Origin: Vicugna vicugna
Lineage: Eukaryota
Assembly (NCBI GenBank): GCA_013265495.1
Contig: MU057632.1
Span: 108,054 to 172,053, forward strand
DNA: 64,000 bases
Direction of reading: 5' to 3'
Shown: in pieces, positions 13,194 through 27,165 of the stretch
Numbering within the stretch: the first letter of the stretch is position 1
Layout of the letters: each line of letters starts with the position of its first letter
Program-made: the position numbers and the translations under genes
The notes under the pieces: generated by a model
The model's database searches: none
The model's input: only the letters and a program-made list of their open reading frames with translations
What the model was told of the DNA's origin: nothing

Positions 13194-13610
13194 ATATTGC
13201 TGGCATCCTTAATAAAGGCAATGACCCATGATAAATGGTAGTCTGAGATTTGATAAAGCTGACTTCATTCTTTCTGTGATTATATACATTATTTAACAGA
13301 AGGCCTCCTAAAACTCACTCTAAGGAATAAAGTTTGTATGAACTTTTAAAGTTGTATAACTTTTAAACTTTCATTTAGCACAGATAGAAGTTGCCATCAA
13401 GTACAGGAAGAAGGAAAGTTGAAAACAAGCAAATTAATCAAGCCCAGGACTTTAACTCATTAAAATTAATGCAGAAATTAGCATTAATGAGTGAACAAAT
13501 AATAACAATACATTCAGTGTATTGAGCATCAATACACTCAATGTATGCACTGTGTCGGTCATCACGCAAGAATCTTACACACATTACACTTCATTGGAAC
13601 ACAAGACCCC

Positions 13611-14040
13611 TGTTAGGCAGGTTTTGTTCCTGCTACTTTAGAGAGAGAACAACTACAGCACAAGTTTTTCTCTAGAGCTCTTTCCTGTGCATACTTTATT
13701 CTAGGAACAAGAATATTAAGAGAGTCCCAAAGCTGGAGGTGAATTTCACACCCAGGGAACAGAAAGGAACCAGTGAATCCACAAAAACAAGAACAACTCT
13801 GCAACAATTTGTTACCCTGTATGCAATCTCCATGGAAACTAGCTCTGCCCCTTGAATTCTTGAACTTTTACTATAACCCCCCCTGCCTTCTCTACCCAAA
13901 AGGCTCACAGTCTTGGAGGCATCAGCCCACTGTGACCTCTTTTGGCCAGCAAAGAAATAAAGCTGCCTTTCTACTTCATCTAGAACTGTCCTCAAGTCTC
14001 AGTTCGGTAAGTGGGGAACGAAGGCTGTGTTTCAGCAATA
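13611..14040 (+). mobile_element. ERV1-type solo LTR (about 430 bp)
   Basis: starts tgttagg, ctataa TATA-like, aataaagc poly(A) signal, ends gtttcagcaata; no clear TSD. Confidence 0.65.
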
Positions 14041-14869
14041 GCAGGATGGCCTTTATTAGAACAAACATTCTAGTAATTCTAGCAGAGCCAATATATAAGA
14101 AAGCAAAGGCCAGCTACATGCAGATTACTGAGACAGTGGCTGGTTCGTGCCTGAAGGCGGCATCTCAGCCAGCCTCTTCACACAGTGAAATAATGGAACT
14201 AGGTCAAATTAGAAAGGACCAACGGATAGCTCTCGTCACTCTAGGCTAAGATAGCACTTCACCTTGAGGAGGAACATTTTGAATCAATGGCAAAGTGACT
14301 TCAAAGGAGTGGCTTAATCTCACTTCCAAAAAGATGAGCTTTTCCTCCTTTGAACCATATTCAGAGACCTCTGACCTCGAACAGCCATGGTTTACTGTGG
14401 CCCGATAAACAGCAGAGCTACAAATTTGCTTTATTCATTCATCAGATCTGCTGAGTGGATTTGAAAGAGATCTGAGAGGTTATTCCCCAACTTTTAATTC
14501 TTATCAGGCTAGCGGTGGTACTGCCAGGAAATGCCACGTCAACCTGGATACTACTTGGATGCCCCTGGCCAGCGATGGTGATGTTTAAGGGTGGCTTTCA
14601 AAAAATAATGGGAAGTACTGATGTGTTGCTTTGTCACTTGACAGGGGAGACTATTTAGTGTATAAAATGACGAAGGAGGCATGGCCTGAGCAGATTTGTC
14701 ATATTAATAGAAAAAGAAGATAACAAATCATTTGGCTGATGCTTAACTTAGAGCTGATCTATTCCAGATTTCGTTCATTTGCTCATTAGTGACGTGACTC
14801 ATGTGATAGAGACACACCAAGTGCACGGTGGAACCTAAGCAGCTTTGGAACGCTGTCTAAGCACAACCT

Positions 14870-15040
14870 CAAACCCCAGCTCCGGAATTTCGACGGAGCT
14901 ACATGGGCAAGTTGTTTACATCTTCTGGGTCTCAATTTTCTTATCTATAAAATGGCTGTGTGGAGGTTGAATGAACCAGTAGATGGAAAATGCCCAGTCA
15001 GTGCCTGGCATCTATGAGGTGCTAACAATATTTGTTCCCC
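14870..15040. mobile_element. MIR fragment
   Basis: tgggcaagttgttta...ctgggtctcaattttcttatctataaaatgg. Confidence 0.65.
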
Positions 15041-15119
15041 ACCTTTCCTTCTGAGGCTTTGGAAGTGAAGGAAGCCACAGGGAGGAATACATGGTGAGTC
15101 AGACATCAACACTGTGTTC

Positions 15120-15490
15120 ACAGAACCAATAGGATGTTGCAAATCATAACAGTGAATAAACTACAAGTGATGGGGGTGTAGACTACAGCTTCTCCCGTGG
15201 ATTGCTGGACTACTTTCCCCACGGTTGGACCATCCTTGTGATTTGCTCTGACCAACAGGATGCAGTGGATGTCAATCTTTGAGAGCCTGAATCTTGATAG
15301 ACCTTGCAATTTTCACTTCTACACAGCTCTTAGGAACCTGCCACAACCGTGTGAACTGGTCAGACTTACTGGGGCTGGGAGATCACATGGAGCGGCGATG
15401 AGTCAGCCAGTGGCTGAGCACAGGTGCACGGGGAGCAGAGCCAAGACCAGCACAACTGCCAAACAGAAGTGCAGGCTGAAAAATGGCTGC
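15120..15490 (+). mobile_element. MaLR (MLT1-like) LTR fragment
   Basis: tgtgatttgctctgaccaacaggatgcagtgga motif typical of old MLT1. Confidence 0.5.
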
Positions 15491-15494
15491 TGTT

Positions 15495-16214
15495 TTAAAT
15501 GCTGGAGAGGGTGCGGAGAAAAGCGAACCTCCCACACTGCTGATAGGAATGTAGTTTGGTATAAACAGCATGGAGATTCTTTAAAAAACTCAAACTAGAG
15601 TTACCATAGGATCCAGCAATCCTACACCTGGGCACATACCTGGAGAAAACTATAATTCAAAAAGATAATGCACCCCAGTGTTCGCATAGCATTATTTACA
15701 ACAGCCAAGACATGGAAGCAATCTAAATGTCCACCAACAGATGACTGGATAAAGATGCGGTCTATATGTACAACAGAATGCTACTCAGCCATAAAAAAGA
15801 ATAAAATAATTCCATTTGCAGCAACATGGATGGACTTAGAAATTATCATACTAAGTGAAGTAAGTCAAAGACAAATATCACATGATATCACTTATATGTG
15901 GAATCTAAAAAAAGACACAAAAGAACTTATTTACAAACTAGAAAAAGACTCACAGATGTAGAAAACAAACTATGGTTACCAAAGGGGAAAGGGGTGGGGG
16001 AGGGGTAAATTAGGAGTCTGGCATTAACATACACACACTACTATATACAGAATAGATAAACAACGAGGACCTACTGTATAGCACAGGGAATTATATTTAA
16101 TATCATGTAATAAGCTATAATAAAAAAGAATATATATATGTATAACTGAATCACTATGCTGTACACCAGAAACTAACACAATATTGTCAACCAACTATAC
16201 TTTGATTAAAAAAA
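15495..16214 (+). mobile_element. 5'-truncated L1 3' end
   Basis: KCWRGCGEK and ALFTTAKTWKQ peptides, 3' UTR; flanks aaaaatggctg / aaaaacctggctg. Confidence 0.92.
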
Positions 16215-16744
16215 CCTGGCTGATTAAACCGCTAAATTTGAGGGCAGAGGAGAGTTTTGCCTCAAGGGACAACTGATACAAATATTATAAGATGTGGGGT
16301 CATGACATTTGTCAACCAAAACACAAAATCACGGGAACACAAGTTCAAAGCAATTTTGGGAAAGATTAGTCACAAGATGCAACAGAATGATGTGGTATAC
16401 CAGTTGCTACTGCTTAAGATTAATGAAACATGCAAATCTCTCGCTGGGGGAATTACAGATTTCGTGTGTGAATGAATCTTTGTGACTGGAGATACAGAGA
16501 TTAATTTTCCCCAGGCAATAGTCTTCTGAGGTTTCTATGTTTTCAGAGTCTGGGAACTGTTGTTATGCATTGTCCATGGCGACAGAGGAAAAAGAAGGCA
16601 AGGGAAGAAAATCTGGGGGAAAATTAGAAAATAAAAGGAATTTGGAACAATGTGAGTTTCATACTGCCAGTAACAGAGAGCAAAGCCTGGGGAACCTGTC
16701 TCTTCCCTGGGTCAGCCGTCCACCATAGAGAAAGGGGCTTGGCC

Positions 16745-16800
16745 TTTCCTTTTCTTTCTTTCTTTCTTCCTTCCTTCCTTCCTTTCATTCTTTCTCTTTT
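16745..16800. repeat. (TTTC)n/(CCTT)n pyrimidine microsatellite
   Basis: visible directly. Confidence 0.8.
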
Positions 16801-18179
16801 TAACACCAAGTTGAGCACTCCATGAGAGCAATTGAATATAATTTAAAAATTGTTGCACATTGGTCCCTCTTTGTGCACCAGACAACTAAATGTGCCTTTG
16901 AAGGAAATAATTTGAAATATATGAATGAAGAATCACCAGGCAGCTGAAAAGTGCTTCCCTTATCTGTGGGCTAAATACTGTGATTTGTGTAATGGCTGAC
17001 TTTGTGTGTGTTACGTGAGAATTTCTGAGGTCACCCACAGGTTGTTTCTGAAAAGTCTGAAGGCTTCAGAGTGAGGAAGATAACTTTTGTTCCCTCTAAG
17101 TGCCAATTGCTGGATGGCAAACCTCACAGGTGGATGGGCCACGTCTACTCACTCTGTTCCCTTCAGTGCCCAGCAAAATGCAAGCCCTGGGCAGTGGCTC
17201 CCAAATACTTGATTTGAATGGACATTCACCAGTTGAAAGCTTCATCCCCTCCAGCGATTGTCTCACTACAAGCACATGGACGTCCTTCACAAGCAGAGGT
17301 GGGACACCTGACACACCTCTCAGGAAATGCAGGGGTGCAGCTGACAGTGAAAAGGGAGGAGAAAGTGTGGGACTGGTGGGAGGTGAGACTCAATGCAAAG
17401 CACTTTCTTTTGCATCAAAGAGAGAAGAGACCGGGTCAGGACAGTGCCCCTCAGCCAACCCTCCCTCCCTCCCTCTTCCACTGTGCAGCTTGGAGCTGCC
17501 ACCAAGGACAGGAGGTGATGATTAAGGAAGAACCAGAGAAGCAGTTACAGAAGACTGGGTGCAGAGGAAGATTCCTCTGGGGTTAAGTGGCTCCACCTCT
17601 TCAGAGCCCAGAAATCCCTGAGGGTTGGTGATGCTGGTTTAGTGTGAAGCCTTCTGTGATGGACTCTATTCCATCGGCATGGGGTCCCCAGTTTCTAGAT
17701 TGTCATGATATTGAGCTAAGAGTTGATATTCACACTGGGTTCTAGTTCTGCCCTTTGAAACAACCAGAGCATCTCTTCCACCTCCCAAGCAGCTGCAGGC
17801 GGGCCACACTTTGTAAAGAGCGAGCCCTGGGGTGGGGGTCGCAGCACTTTGGTTTTGCTACTGACTGGCTTCCTGTTCCCACATGTTTGTTTGTTTGTTT
17901 GTTTGTTTACTGTTACACTAACAACACGCTCAATACTACTTTTGAGAGGCTATACTAAGAGTGGAATGGATCATTGTTGATGACCAGGATGTGATTGGAT
18001 TTTTTTGGAAACATCATTCATAAGATACTGGACATGAAATGGTCAGACTGGAGGTCTGACAAACCCAAATGCCTTTAGAGGGAAGCAGGTAAGGGAAATG
18101 GTGGAACGGGATGGGGAGCTGGGGGTTGGAGATCCTGAAAAGACAACAGGGGGTAGTGGGAATCTGCCACTTAAAAAAA

Positions 18180-18757
18180 CAGAGGGAACTCTAATTAGAA
18201 ATGACACGTGCACCCTAATGTTCATAGCAGCACTATTTACAATAGCCAAGATATATATATACATATATATGTGTGTGTGTGTGTGTGTATATACATATAT
18301 AGGAATAATACTCAGCCATAAAAAAAATAATGTTATTTGCAGCAACATAGATGGACCTAGAGATGATCACGTTAAGTGAAGTCAGACAGAGAAAAACAAA
18401 TGGTACTGCTTATATGTGGAATCTAAAAAAAAAAAAGACACAAAATGAACTTATTTACAAAACAGAAACAGACTCACATACATAGAAAACAAACTTATGG
18501 TTACCAAGGGGAAAAGGGGGTGGGAAGGGATAAACTGGGAGTTCAGGAATTATAGATCCTAACTACTATATATAAAATAGATAAACAACAAGGTTCTACT
18601 GTAGAGCACGGGGAACTATATTCAGTACCTTACAGTAACCTATAGTGAAGAAGAATCTGAAAAGGAATATGTGGATATATATGTATGACTGAAACATTGT
18701 GCTGTACACCAGAACTTGACCCAACATTGTAAACTGAATATACTTCAATTAAAAAAG
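18180..18757 (+). mobile_element. L1 3' end with an internal (TA)n(TG)n microsatellite at about 18251-18300
   Basis: [16 protein letters not shown] peptide, L1 3' UTR, poly(A). Confidence 0.9.
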
Positions 18758-19648
18758 AATGCAAAGAAAATTGAAAGTGTGTTTCAGAATTCTACTAAAT
18801 ATCCTCTGTTGGCTTTGGCATAGAACTATGATAACACTTATGTTGGGTCTAGAGTGGACTCTGGGGTGTTTTCAAGGTTTATATCCAGTCATTCTCAAGA
18901 AATCCTTCTGTTCTCTCAGGAAAGAAAGCCCTCAGGTCTTGTCACCCACAGAGCTCCTGGGGTGGGCATGCCCCCCCGTTGAGGGGTCTCCTGCCAGGGA
19001 TGTGTACAAACAGGCTCAGCCCAAGCCCTGATGGAAAACTGCTTCAACGAGACTTAATCCTGTCCACACTTGCGGGATCACGAGCAGGTAGTTTCAGAAG
19101 GTGCCGAGAAGCATCCTATGTTGTAGAAAATGATCATCAGAGGTGGCTGAAGGGGGGCCACCGACCCGGAAAATCAGGAAATATGTGAAGAGCAGTGTCG
19201 TGCTTGGCATTTCTGTGGAAACACCAAAAATGTCAATGGGGCGGGGGAGGGGGCGAGAGAGGGATTGAAAAAAAACATGAGGAAAGAAGATGCCTTTGGA
19301 AAAGAAGGAAAAGAGGATTAGTATGAGATGAAAGGCCCATGTGCATAAATTAGTCAAATATAACATGTTGCCTGGCTTGTGATTTATACGGCTTGGAAAT
19401 ACCCCATTGTTGGCACGGGAGTTTGTTAGTTGAAGCCCGTTGTCAAAACCAGTGCGCTGAAATGCTTCCTTTTTTTGCGATGTTTTTTGATCTTACACTG
19501 ATGTTCTCCAGCAAGCGTTTCTAGGAGACTGTGGGCCTGGGACCCAGAAGACAGAGTTAAAGAAGAGAGAAAGGGGTGGATTTAACATCTTCAAGAGGAG
19601 TCGAGGGTTCTGGCATCTCAGGCTATGCATTTCTATGCTTTGGCTATT

Positions 19649-19777
19649 CTTTTTTGGGGTGGGGGAGGTAATTAGGTTTATTTATTTAACTTTGTTTTTA
19701 ATGGAGGTATTGGGGATTGAACCCAGGACCTCATGCATGTTAAGCATGTGCTCTACTACTGAGCTCTACCCTCCCCC
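19649..19777 (-). mobile_element. Vic-1-like SINE
   Basis: consensus; flanks ctttggctatt / cttttgctatt. Confidence 0.85.
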
Positions 19778-20132
19778 TCGCTTTTGCTATTTTTAGGTGA
19801 GACTCATTTGGTTGTCATCCACCTGAACTGGGAGAAGGAGTCCCAGGCAAGCAGCTGGGGGAGTGAGGCTGGTGAGGAGGTGGTGAGGGAGGCAGCTGGT
19901 TTCCCTGTGGTGGGGGTGGTGATGGGAAACAGACTCTGGGCTGATAGTATGGGGGGACAGACTGTCATAGCTCTGTTTGAATTCATTTATTTTTCCCTTA
20001 GGTTTTCCATTATCTACTTTGTCCTTTTGAAATATAAGGAACTAGGCCAGTCTGTGCTCCTTGTCTCCTGGAGATTATGTGATAAAAGAAAGGAGGAAAA
20101 AAATAATTCTAAATCTGGCTTTTAGGCTCTCA

Positions 20133-20625
20133 GCCATCAACAGATGACTGGATAAAGAAGATGTATACAATGGAATATTACTCAGCCGTAAAAAAGAATG
20201 AAATAATGCCATTTACGGCAGTATTATAGACCTAGAGATTATCATACTAAGCGAAGTAAGTCAGACAGAGAAAGACAAATATACGATATCACTTATATGT
20301 GAAATCTAAAAAAAAGATACAAATTCTATTTACAAACCAAAATCAGACTCAGGGACATAGAAAACACTATGGTTACCAAAGGGGAAAGAAAGGGGAGGGA
20401 TAAATTAGGGGTTAGGGATTAATGGACACACATTACTATATATGAAATAGATAAAAAATAAGGACCTACTGTAGAGCACAGGGAACCATATTCAATTTCT
20501 TGTATAACATGTAACAGAAAAGAATCTGAAAAGAACTAATACATGTGTGTATATGTAAAACTGAATAACTTTGTTGTACACCTGGAACTAATATTGTAAA
20601 TCAACTATACTTCAATTAAAAAAGA
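20133..20625 (+). mobile_element. L1 3' end
   Basis: ccatcaacagatgactggataaagaag...caactatacttcaattaaaaaa. Confidence 0.9.
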
Positions 20626-22279
20626 AAGACACTTGAGGAACAGAAGTCACGTACAGACAGAATATTTGGGAGGAAACAAGTTTAAGGGCATTCTTCCTCC
20701 TCACTTTCACCACGAGGTAGAGCAGAGTTCTTGGCTGTATCAGACACATTGGGTTGCTTTCCCAATGGCCAGTCTCCAAACACAACTCCTCAGATGTATC
20801 CAGCTATACCTCCTACCCCTGCCCTTTGACCCAAGTGCCCCACCCAGGGTGGGGGCAGGCCCCAGAGCCAGGGGTTGAATCCTGACTGTGTCTCTCAGTG
20901 CCCGTTCTCCTCACCAGTGATCGTTTCTGGTAGGAGACCCAATTCTGCAAAATAAGGCATGATTAGACGGTTTCCCTCAGGAGGAGATGCCAACACAGGA
21001 TGGTCCCCTTTTGTGTGTGGATAAGATGCTTGTTGCCATTTTGCTCCCAGCCAGAGAAGAAAGCAGTTACAAGATGGGCAGAATCAAAAGAAGACTCAAG
21101 AGAATCCTAGAGGAGCGAAGCCAGGGCACCTATGTCCTGCTCTGGGAGCTGTCCTGCCTTTGAATTTCTTTTTACGGGGTTTCATACAAATTATTATTGT
21201 TGAAGGTGATTGAACCTGTTTCTCGTGTGCTCTGCAGCCAAATGCATCTTATGTGGTCCCCTGGCCGATGGGAGAAAGGAAATGAAGAGAAGAGATACTA
21301 GCAGTGCCTATACAAGGGAACTGACCTCCAGGACCCCCGAGATGGGAAGGTATTTTGCATTTTCTGCCCACTCTGCCACCACTTAGGTGAACCCCACGTG
21401 TTTCCTGCACCCACAGTGGTGCTGGTCTTTCCCATCAACATCTGGCAAGGACACACCTCCTATTGCAACCAGTATGAGCCCTGAGGATTATCCAGAAGAA
21501 CTGATAAGTTCCCTTTGGGCAGAAACAATGTTAAATATGTTAAAACATGCAAGTTATTCATGTAGGATGTGAGACAGATTATTTTAAGCTCTACAGGGTG
21601 GAGCCACCTCTGACTACCTCCTTCTCTCCGCAAAGATTATTGTGTTCTTTGAGTTCAACTCTGAAAGGTGTTCCCCACACAGCAGGGTCCAGCAGGAAAC
21701 CTTCCCTAAGAAGAAAGTCATACCAGAAACCTAGACCTGCCCCCAGAATCCCATTAGGTTCATTCTTTGCATTCTGGCTACCTGGTGTTCCTTCAACTTG
21801 CTTTCTGCCAAGTCCCATGTGCTCCTCTGTGTCAACAGCTGTCCATCTCCTGACCTCACCCTTTGTATCATGAAGCAGACCCTCAGATGGCCTCATTGTT
21901 TGTCTCCCTCCCTAGATAAACAGACACAGACCAGATGCTGTTATCCTTAGCCCCTTCCAGATAGTTGATCCACACAGAGAAGGGTCATCCAAAGGCCATT
22001 TCCCCAATTTGCTGGATCTTTCACTCTGACAATCTTTGAAGACCATGTAGCTCAGAGGTTTGGCAGCTGGTGCTGGGGGAAAGATGGGATGGGATAGTGG
22101 CAAGGCAGAATGGTTTTTAAGGGAAGGGGATCTGACCAGCTGAAGATGGAAGAGTGACAGTGGGAAAAAAAGAGATATGAAAGATGCTTAAAGAGAAACT
22201 GACATGACATTTGGGGACACAGCTGTGAATGTGTCCTACAAGAGGCTGTCTGGGCGTGGCCTGTGGCTCCTGTATTCCC

Positions 22280-22460
22280 ATCTGTTAGACTTTGGGCAAG
22301 CCACTTAGCTTCAGAAGATGGAAATAATAATGTGCCTTCTTCTTGGGGGTATTGGAAGAGTTAAATGAAATGATGGAAGTTAATGAAATGAAACGAAATT
22401 TCATTTAAATTAAATGAAATGATTTAGAAAAATGCCCCCCAATAAATGTTACTTTATCAT
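22280..22460. mobile_element. MIR fragment
   Basis: ctttgggcaagccactt...aaataataatg...ttaaatgaaatgat...aataaatgtt. Confidence 0.55.
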
Positions 22461-23041
22461 TATTTTTATTCTTATATGTTGAGATAAAAATGTCACTTTA
22501 AATCCACCTAATGTCTTTTAATTTTACTTCTAAAATGAAAATGGTACCTGTTTAAAGTGTACCACATGATGACGCAATAGACTTACACACAGTGACATGA
22601 AATTGTGGTATAATTCTACAATAGAAAAAAGAAAGACACAGCCTCCCATATGCAACAACACAGATGAACCTGGAGGACATTATGCCAACTGAAATAAGCC
22701 AGACACTGAAAGAAAAAAAAAAAACAATGCCTAATCATACTCATTATATGTGGAATCTAAAAACATCTTACCTTTCCCAAGTTTTGAAATTATATCAAGA
22801 GGCTTAAACACTACTGATTGACTAATGGTAAATTTCTATCTAATTATTGGATTCATCAACTAAAAATACTATTCATTTCATATTGGGCTAAATAAATTTT
22901 CCATGGTAACACCATCCCCTGTCCCTTACTGTTTACTTTCTTCCTTTTGCCATTTGTAAATTTCTGGCTTCAACACGTGCCTGTTACTTCTCACTGCTTT
23001 GGTATACATGGGTGTGGAACTTAAAATTGTGCCCCTTCACA

Positions 23042-23206
23042 GGGGTGTGGGGTTATATAGCTCAGTGGCAGAGCACATGCTTGGCATGCACAGGGTCCCA
23101 GGTTCAATCCCCAGTACTTCTGTTAAAGGGAAAAATTAAAAAATATTAAATTATAAATAAAATAAAAATATATTTAAAAAGAAGACCAGAAAAAAATTTA
23201 AAAAAT
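23042..23206 (+). mobile_element. Vic-1-like SINE with target-site duplication
   Basis: aaaattgtgccc(c/t)ttca on both sides. Confidence 0.88.
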
Positions 23207-24417
23207 AAAATTGTGCCCTTTCAAAGTATAACATGTAAATTGCATCAAAAATTATAGCTAAGAAAAATAAAATGGACTATAATAATCTTTTGTGTGCCAT
23301 TAAATTATAAAAATAATACTATCTGTAGTAAGATATCATATTTTGCAAGACTTCTTAAAATGTACAGATTAACCTTAAATTTCTTTTGTTTTTCTATTAC
23401 ATTATCTTTCAGTTACAGGTCATCATTTTCCAAATGTAACTTAGTTGTTAACTTAAAGGCCCAGTCTGAATTTGTTTTTCTTTCTGCTATTCATCTACAT
23501 TCCCTGAGCTGTTAATAGGCATTGAAATGCCTAAAATATGTAAAGGAAAAAGAAAAGTAGGAAAAAAAAAGCCCCAGATGTGAATGAGCAAATAAGTCTA
23601 GAATAATTGGGAGTTGGCTGCAGTATTATATATTATTTTCTTAAGCTAATAAGTGGACTTTAGAAATACTTGAAACCTGGTGAGGCACTCTAAATAAAAA
23701 TGTATCAATTGAAGTCTACATTTATTTGACTACATTACTTCAGCTTTTTTTTTGTGAAAAAGAGACTTTCTGTTTTGCCAAGATTTAAACTTGAGTTAAC
23801 TCAGAGGTCAAGGTTCTGGGCTAGTGGATAAAACAAGAAGGAAGGAGTCATGATCTCTCACAGGTGGGTGGCCAACAAAGCTACTTCAAGGGAATGGCAG
23901 TCAGGCTACCTGTCACTCAGGGAACTCAGAACCCACCAAGACAGGCACCCACCAGGGAAGAGCAACTCCTCTCTAACTAAGCAGGCCTGCAGTTGTGTGA
24001 AATGGTGTAGGAAACGGATGGCAGGAGGCTTTTCCAATTTGTGATCTGGAGAACAGGGCTTCCGTTTCTATCTGTCTGACCTTGGAGACAACTTTGCAGT
24101 AACTGAACATATTGTGATAGACAGTGCCAACTCCTGGAGTCTTGGAAAAATGCTTTCCCTCTGGCCAAATGCACAGCAGAATTATTTTCCATATTCGGAA
24201 TCCAGCTTCTATGAATTTTATATTTAGAGGTGCTCATCCCACTATAAGGACTTTCCAGCAGGGAGGCAAATGCTTTTTTGCAGCCCACGTTGGAAGAGCA
24301 TGGACCCACCGTGGGTAACGAATGTGTTTCTAGCACAGTGTGAACTCAGGGCTGGGGTGAAGATGTAGGCACACCCCAGCTTGGCCCCGGATGCTGGGAT
24401 GTGGGTTTGCAGGTGCT

Positions 24418-24745
24418 CTGTTAGGGGCTGAATTGCATTCCTTCAAAATTCATTTGCTGAAGCTCTAACCCCCAGGACCTCAGAATTTGGAGCCAGGGTC
24501 TTTATAGAGATAATTAAGTTAAGATGAGGCCATCTGAGTGGGCTGTAATGCAACGTGACTGCTGTCCTTTTAAGAAGAGGAAATCTGGACATTGATGGAC
24601 ACAGAGGGATGAGATGAAGGCATGGAGAAGGTGGCCGTCTATGAGCCAAGGAGATCGCAGACTCACAGCCTCCAGAATGTGAGAAAATAAATTTCTGTTG
24701 TTGAAGCCACCCCACCTGTGGGACTTTGTTACAACAGCTCTAGAG
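24418..24745 (+). mobile_element. MaLR (MLT1A/B-like) LTR
   Basis: tgttaggggctgaattg...ctaacccc...aataaatttctgttgttgaagccacc. Confidence 0.8.
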
Positions 24746-25005
24746 CCCAGTGCCACTGTTAGCAGTAGGAGCTGTCAGACTTCATGAGACAATCCACGAC
24801 TACACGTGGGAGGGACGCAGCCTAAGGAGAGGGACTCGGGAGCCACCAGTGACACTGGAGGCCGCCAGCGTCAGGGAAAGGAAGAGGGCAGTGTGTGAAA
24901 AGCCCAAGTTTAAAAAAAATTTTTTTTTAATTAAGAAAATTTTCCAAATCATTCTTTCTTTTTTCCTTCCAGTTTTATTGAGATATAATTGGTATATACT
25001 GTATA

Positions 25006-25125
25006 CTTTTTTGGGGCGTGGGTGGGTGAGGTAATTAGGGTTTTTCCTGACGGAGGTACTGGGGATTGAACCCAGGACCTCATGCTTGCTAAGCATGTGC
25101 TCTACCACTGAACCACATCCTCCCT
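25006..25125 (-). mobile_element. Vic-1-like SINE
   Basis: reverse-complement SINE consensus. Confidence 0.85.
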
Positions 25126-26850
25126 GCAACCCAAGACCCAAGTTTTTAATAGAAAATTCTCTTTTGCTTTCTTATGACAAAAGCTTTACATGTTCATCAT
25201 AGACATAATAGAAAATACAGATGAACAAAATGAAACAAAATATAAGCATGGTCTCACCCCGGGAGGTAACATTCATTGTTGTAAATCTTTCCAGAACTTT
25301 TCCTATAAATACATGAATCTACACACATACACAATCACACATGCACGCACACACAGCCAAAATGGAGTAATTTATTTCTTGTGATCCTTTTTCCATGTCA
25401 ATAATTTTTAATTCACAGCATTGTTTCTAATATCTGATATTTCATTATATTGACTATATCCTAGAAATGGAATCAGTGGGTGGAAGGGAGGTGTCCAAGT
25501 GTAGGCATGTGGAAAGGCTTTCGATGCATGTTGCCAACTCGCCTTCCAGAAATGAGGCACCCATTTATAGTCGGAAAGTCTATTTTGAGGGCTCGAGAAA
25601 GCCTTGTCATTGGTAATTCTCGACTCAGCTGTTCACAGGGCTTTCAGCCAAATGCCTGGGGGGAGAGTGTGGAAACCAGAGGGCACTGAAAATCTGTGCT
25701 GCCAGGGACTCAGGACACTCAGGGCCTTGATGGGGGGGGGCATCCAGGGCCAGGGAGGGGGCATTTCCTACCTGAGCACAGTGACAGATGCAGAGCAGCC
25801 TGGCAGGGCCACACGCACTGCAGCCGAGATAGGAGCTACGTGCTCTGCTGGGAGGGGCTGCGGGTCCATGGGGTGTGCAGAGTCGGAATATGTGAAGGGG
25901 AGATTCATGGGTCTCCCCTGAGAGTGGGGGGCTGGCCCAAGGATCTCTGAATGGGCTGGGAGAGACCCCAGGGCTGAGGTTCTCCGGATCTCACTGCAGG
26001 GAGCCTGAGGTCACCAGGATGACGCCGCCTGGTTGTTAATTTTATCCCTCTGGCTCTCAGGGCCTGGGAAAACACAGGTTGTGCTCGAGAATGAGCTCAG
26101 AAGGACTGACAGCCTTTGCAGATTTTATGTATTAACCAAAGATGTGATTTGATTTTGGTTCTTTGCCCAGTCTAAGCGATCCCCAGTGGGGGGAGGGGAG
26201 GCAGACTTAAAAGGAAAGCCAAGCTAATCTTAAATGTAGAAGAAACTGTTTTATTTCATAAATGTGAAACTGCATGGCACTCAGTAAAACAGGCTGGTAA
26301 GGAAACTTCTGCCACCTACTATGATAAATTAAATAGGTTTATTCCTCTTGGGAGAAGAGTTTGAATTTGAGTGATCCTTAGAGAACTTTCAATAAGAGTC
26401 TTTCGAATAAAGATGAGCAGTGACCTCTGTTTATCTTAGGGGTGGACAGAGCACAGTAGGAAAAGGAATAGCACCTTCACTGTGGTCCAGAAAGGTGTTC
26501 CCCTTCTTACTGTGTTTCCCGACAGTCCCAGAGCACCTTGGCTGTCCTTGGGCCTTGGGCCTTTGCTGGTCAGACAGAACCCGTCCTCAGAAGGACTCTC
26601 ATGTTCATGTGACGTGGCCCATGTCTGAGACACCGTAATACACTGTGGATTCGAGGGAAGAATTCACTTGTTGTGTGACTCCTCTGGAAATGGAGCTTTA
26701 GCTGCCAAAGATGCCTCCAAACGTCAACCTATGTCCGGTGCATTTGCCCAAAGCAGTGAAGACATTTGCAAGCAAACAAGCAAAGCAAACAATCCTTCCC
26801 ATGAGGGTCATTTCCTTCCCTCTTCAAGTGGTACCACGGAGGATGGCTTA

Positions 26851-27165
<315 letters not shown>

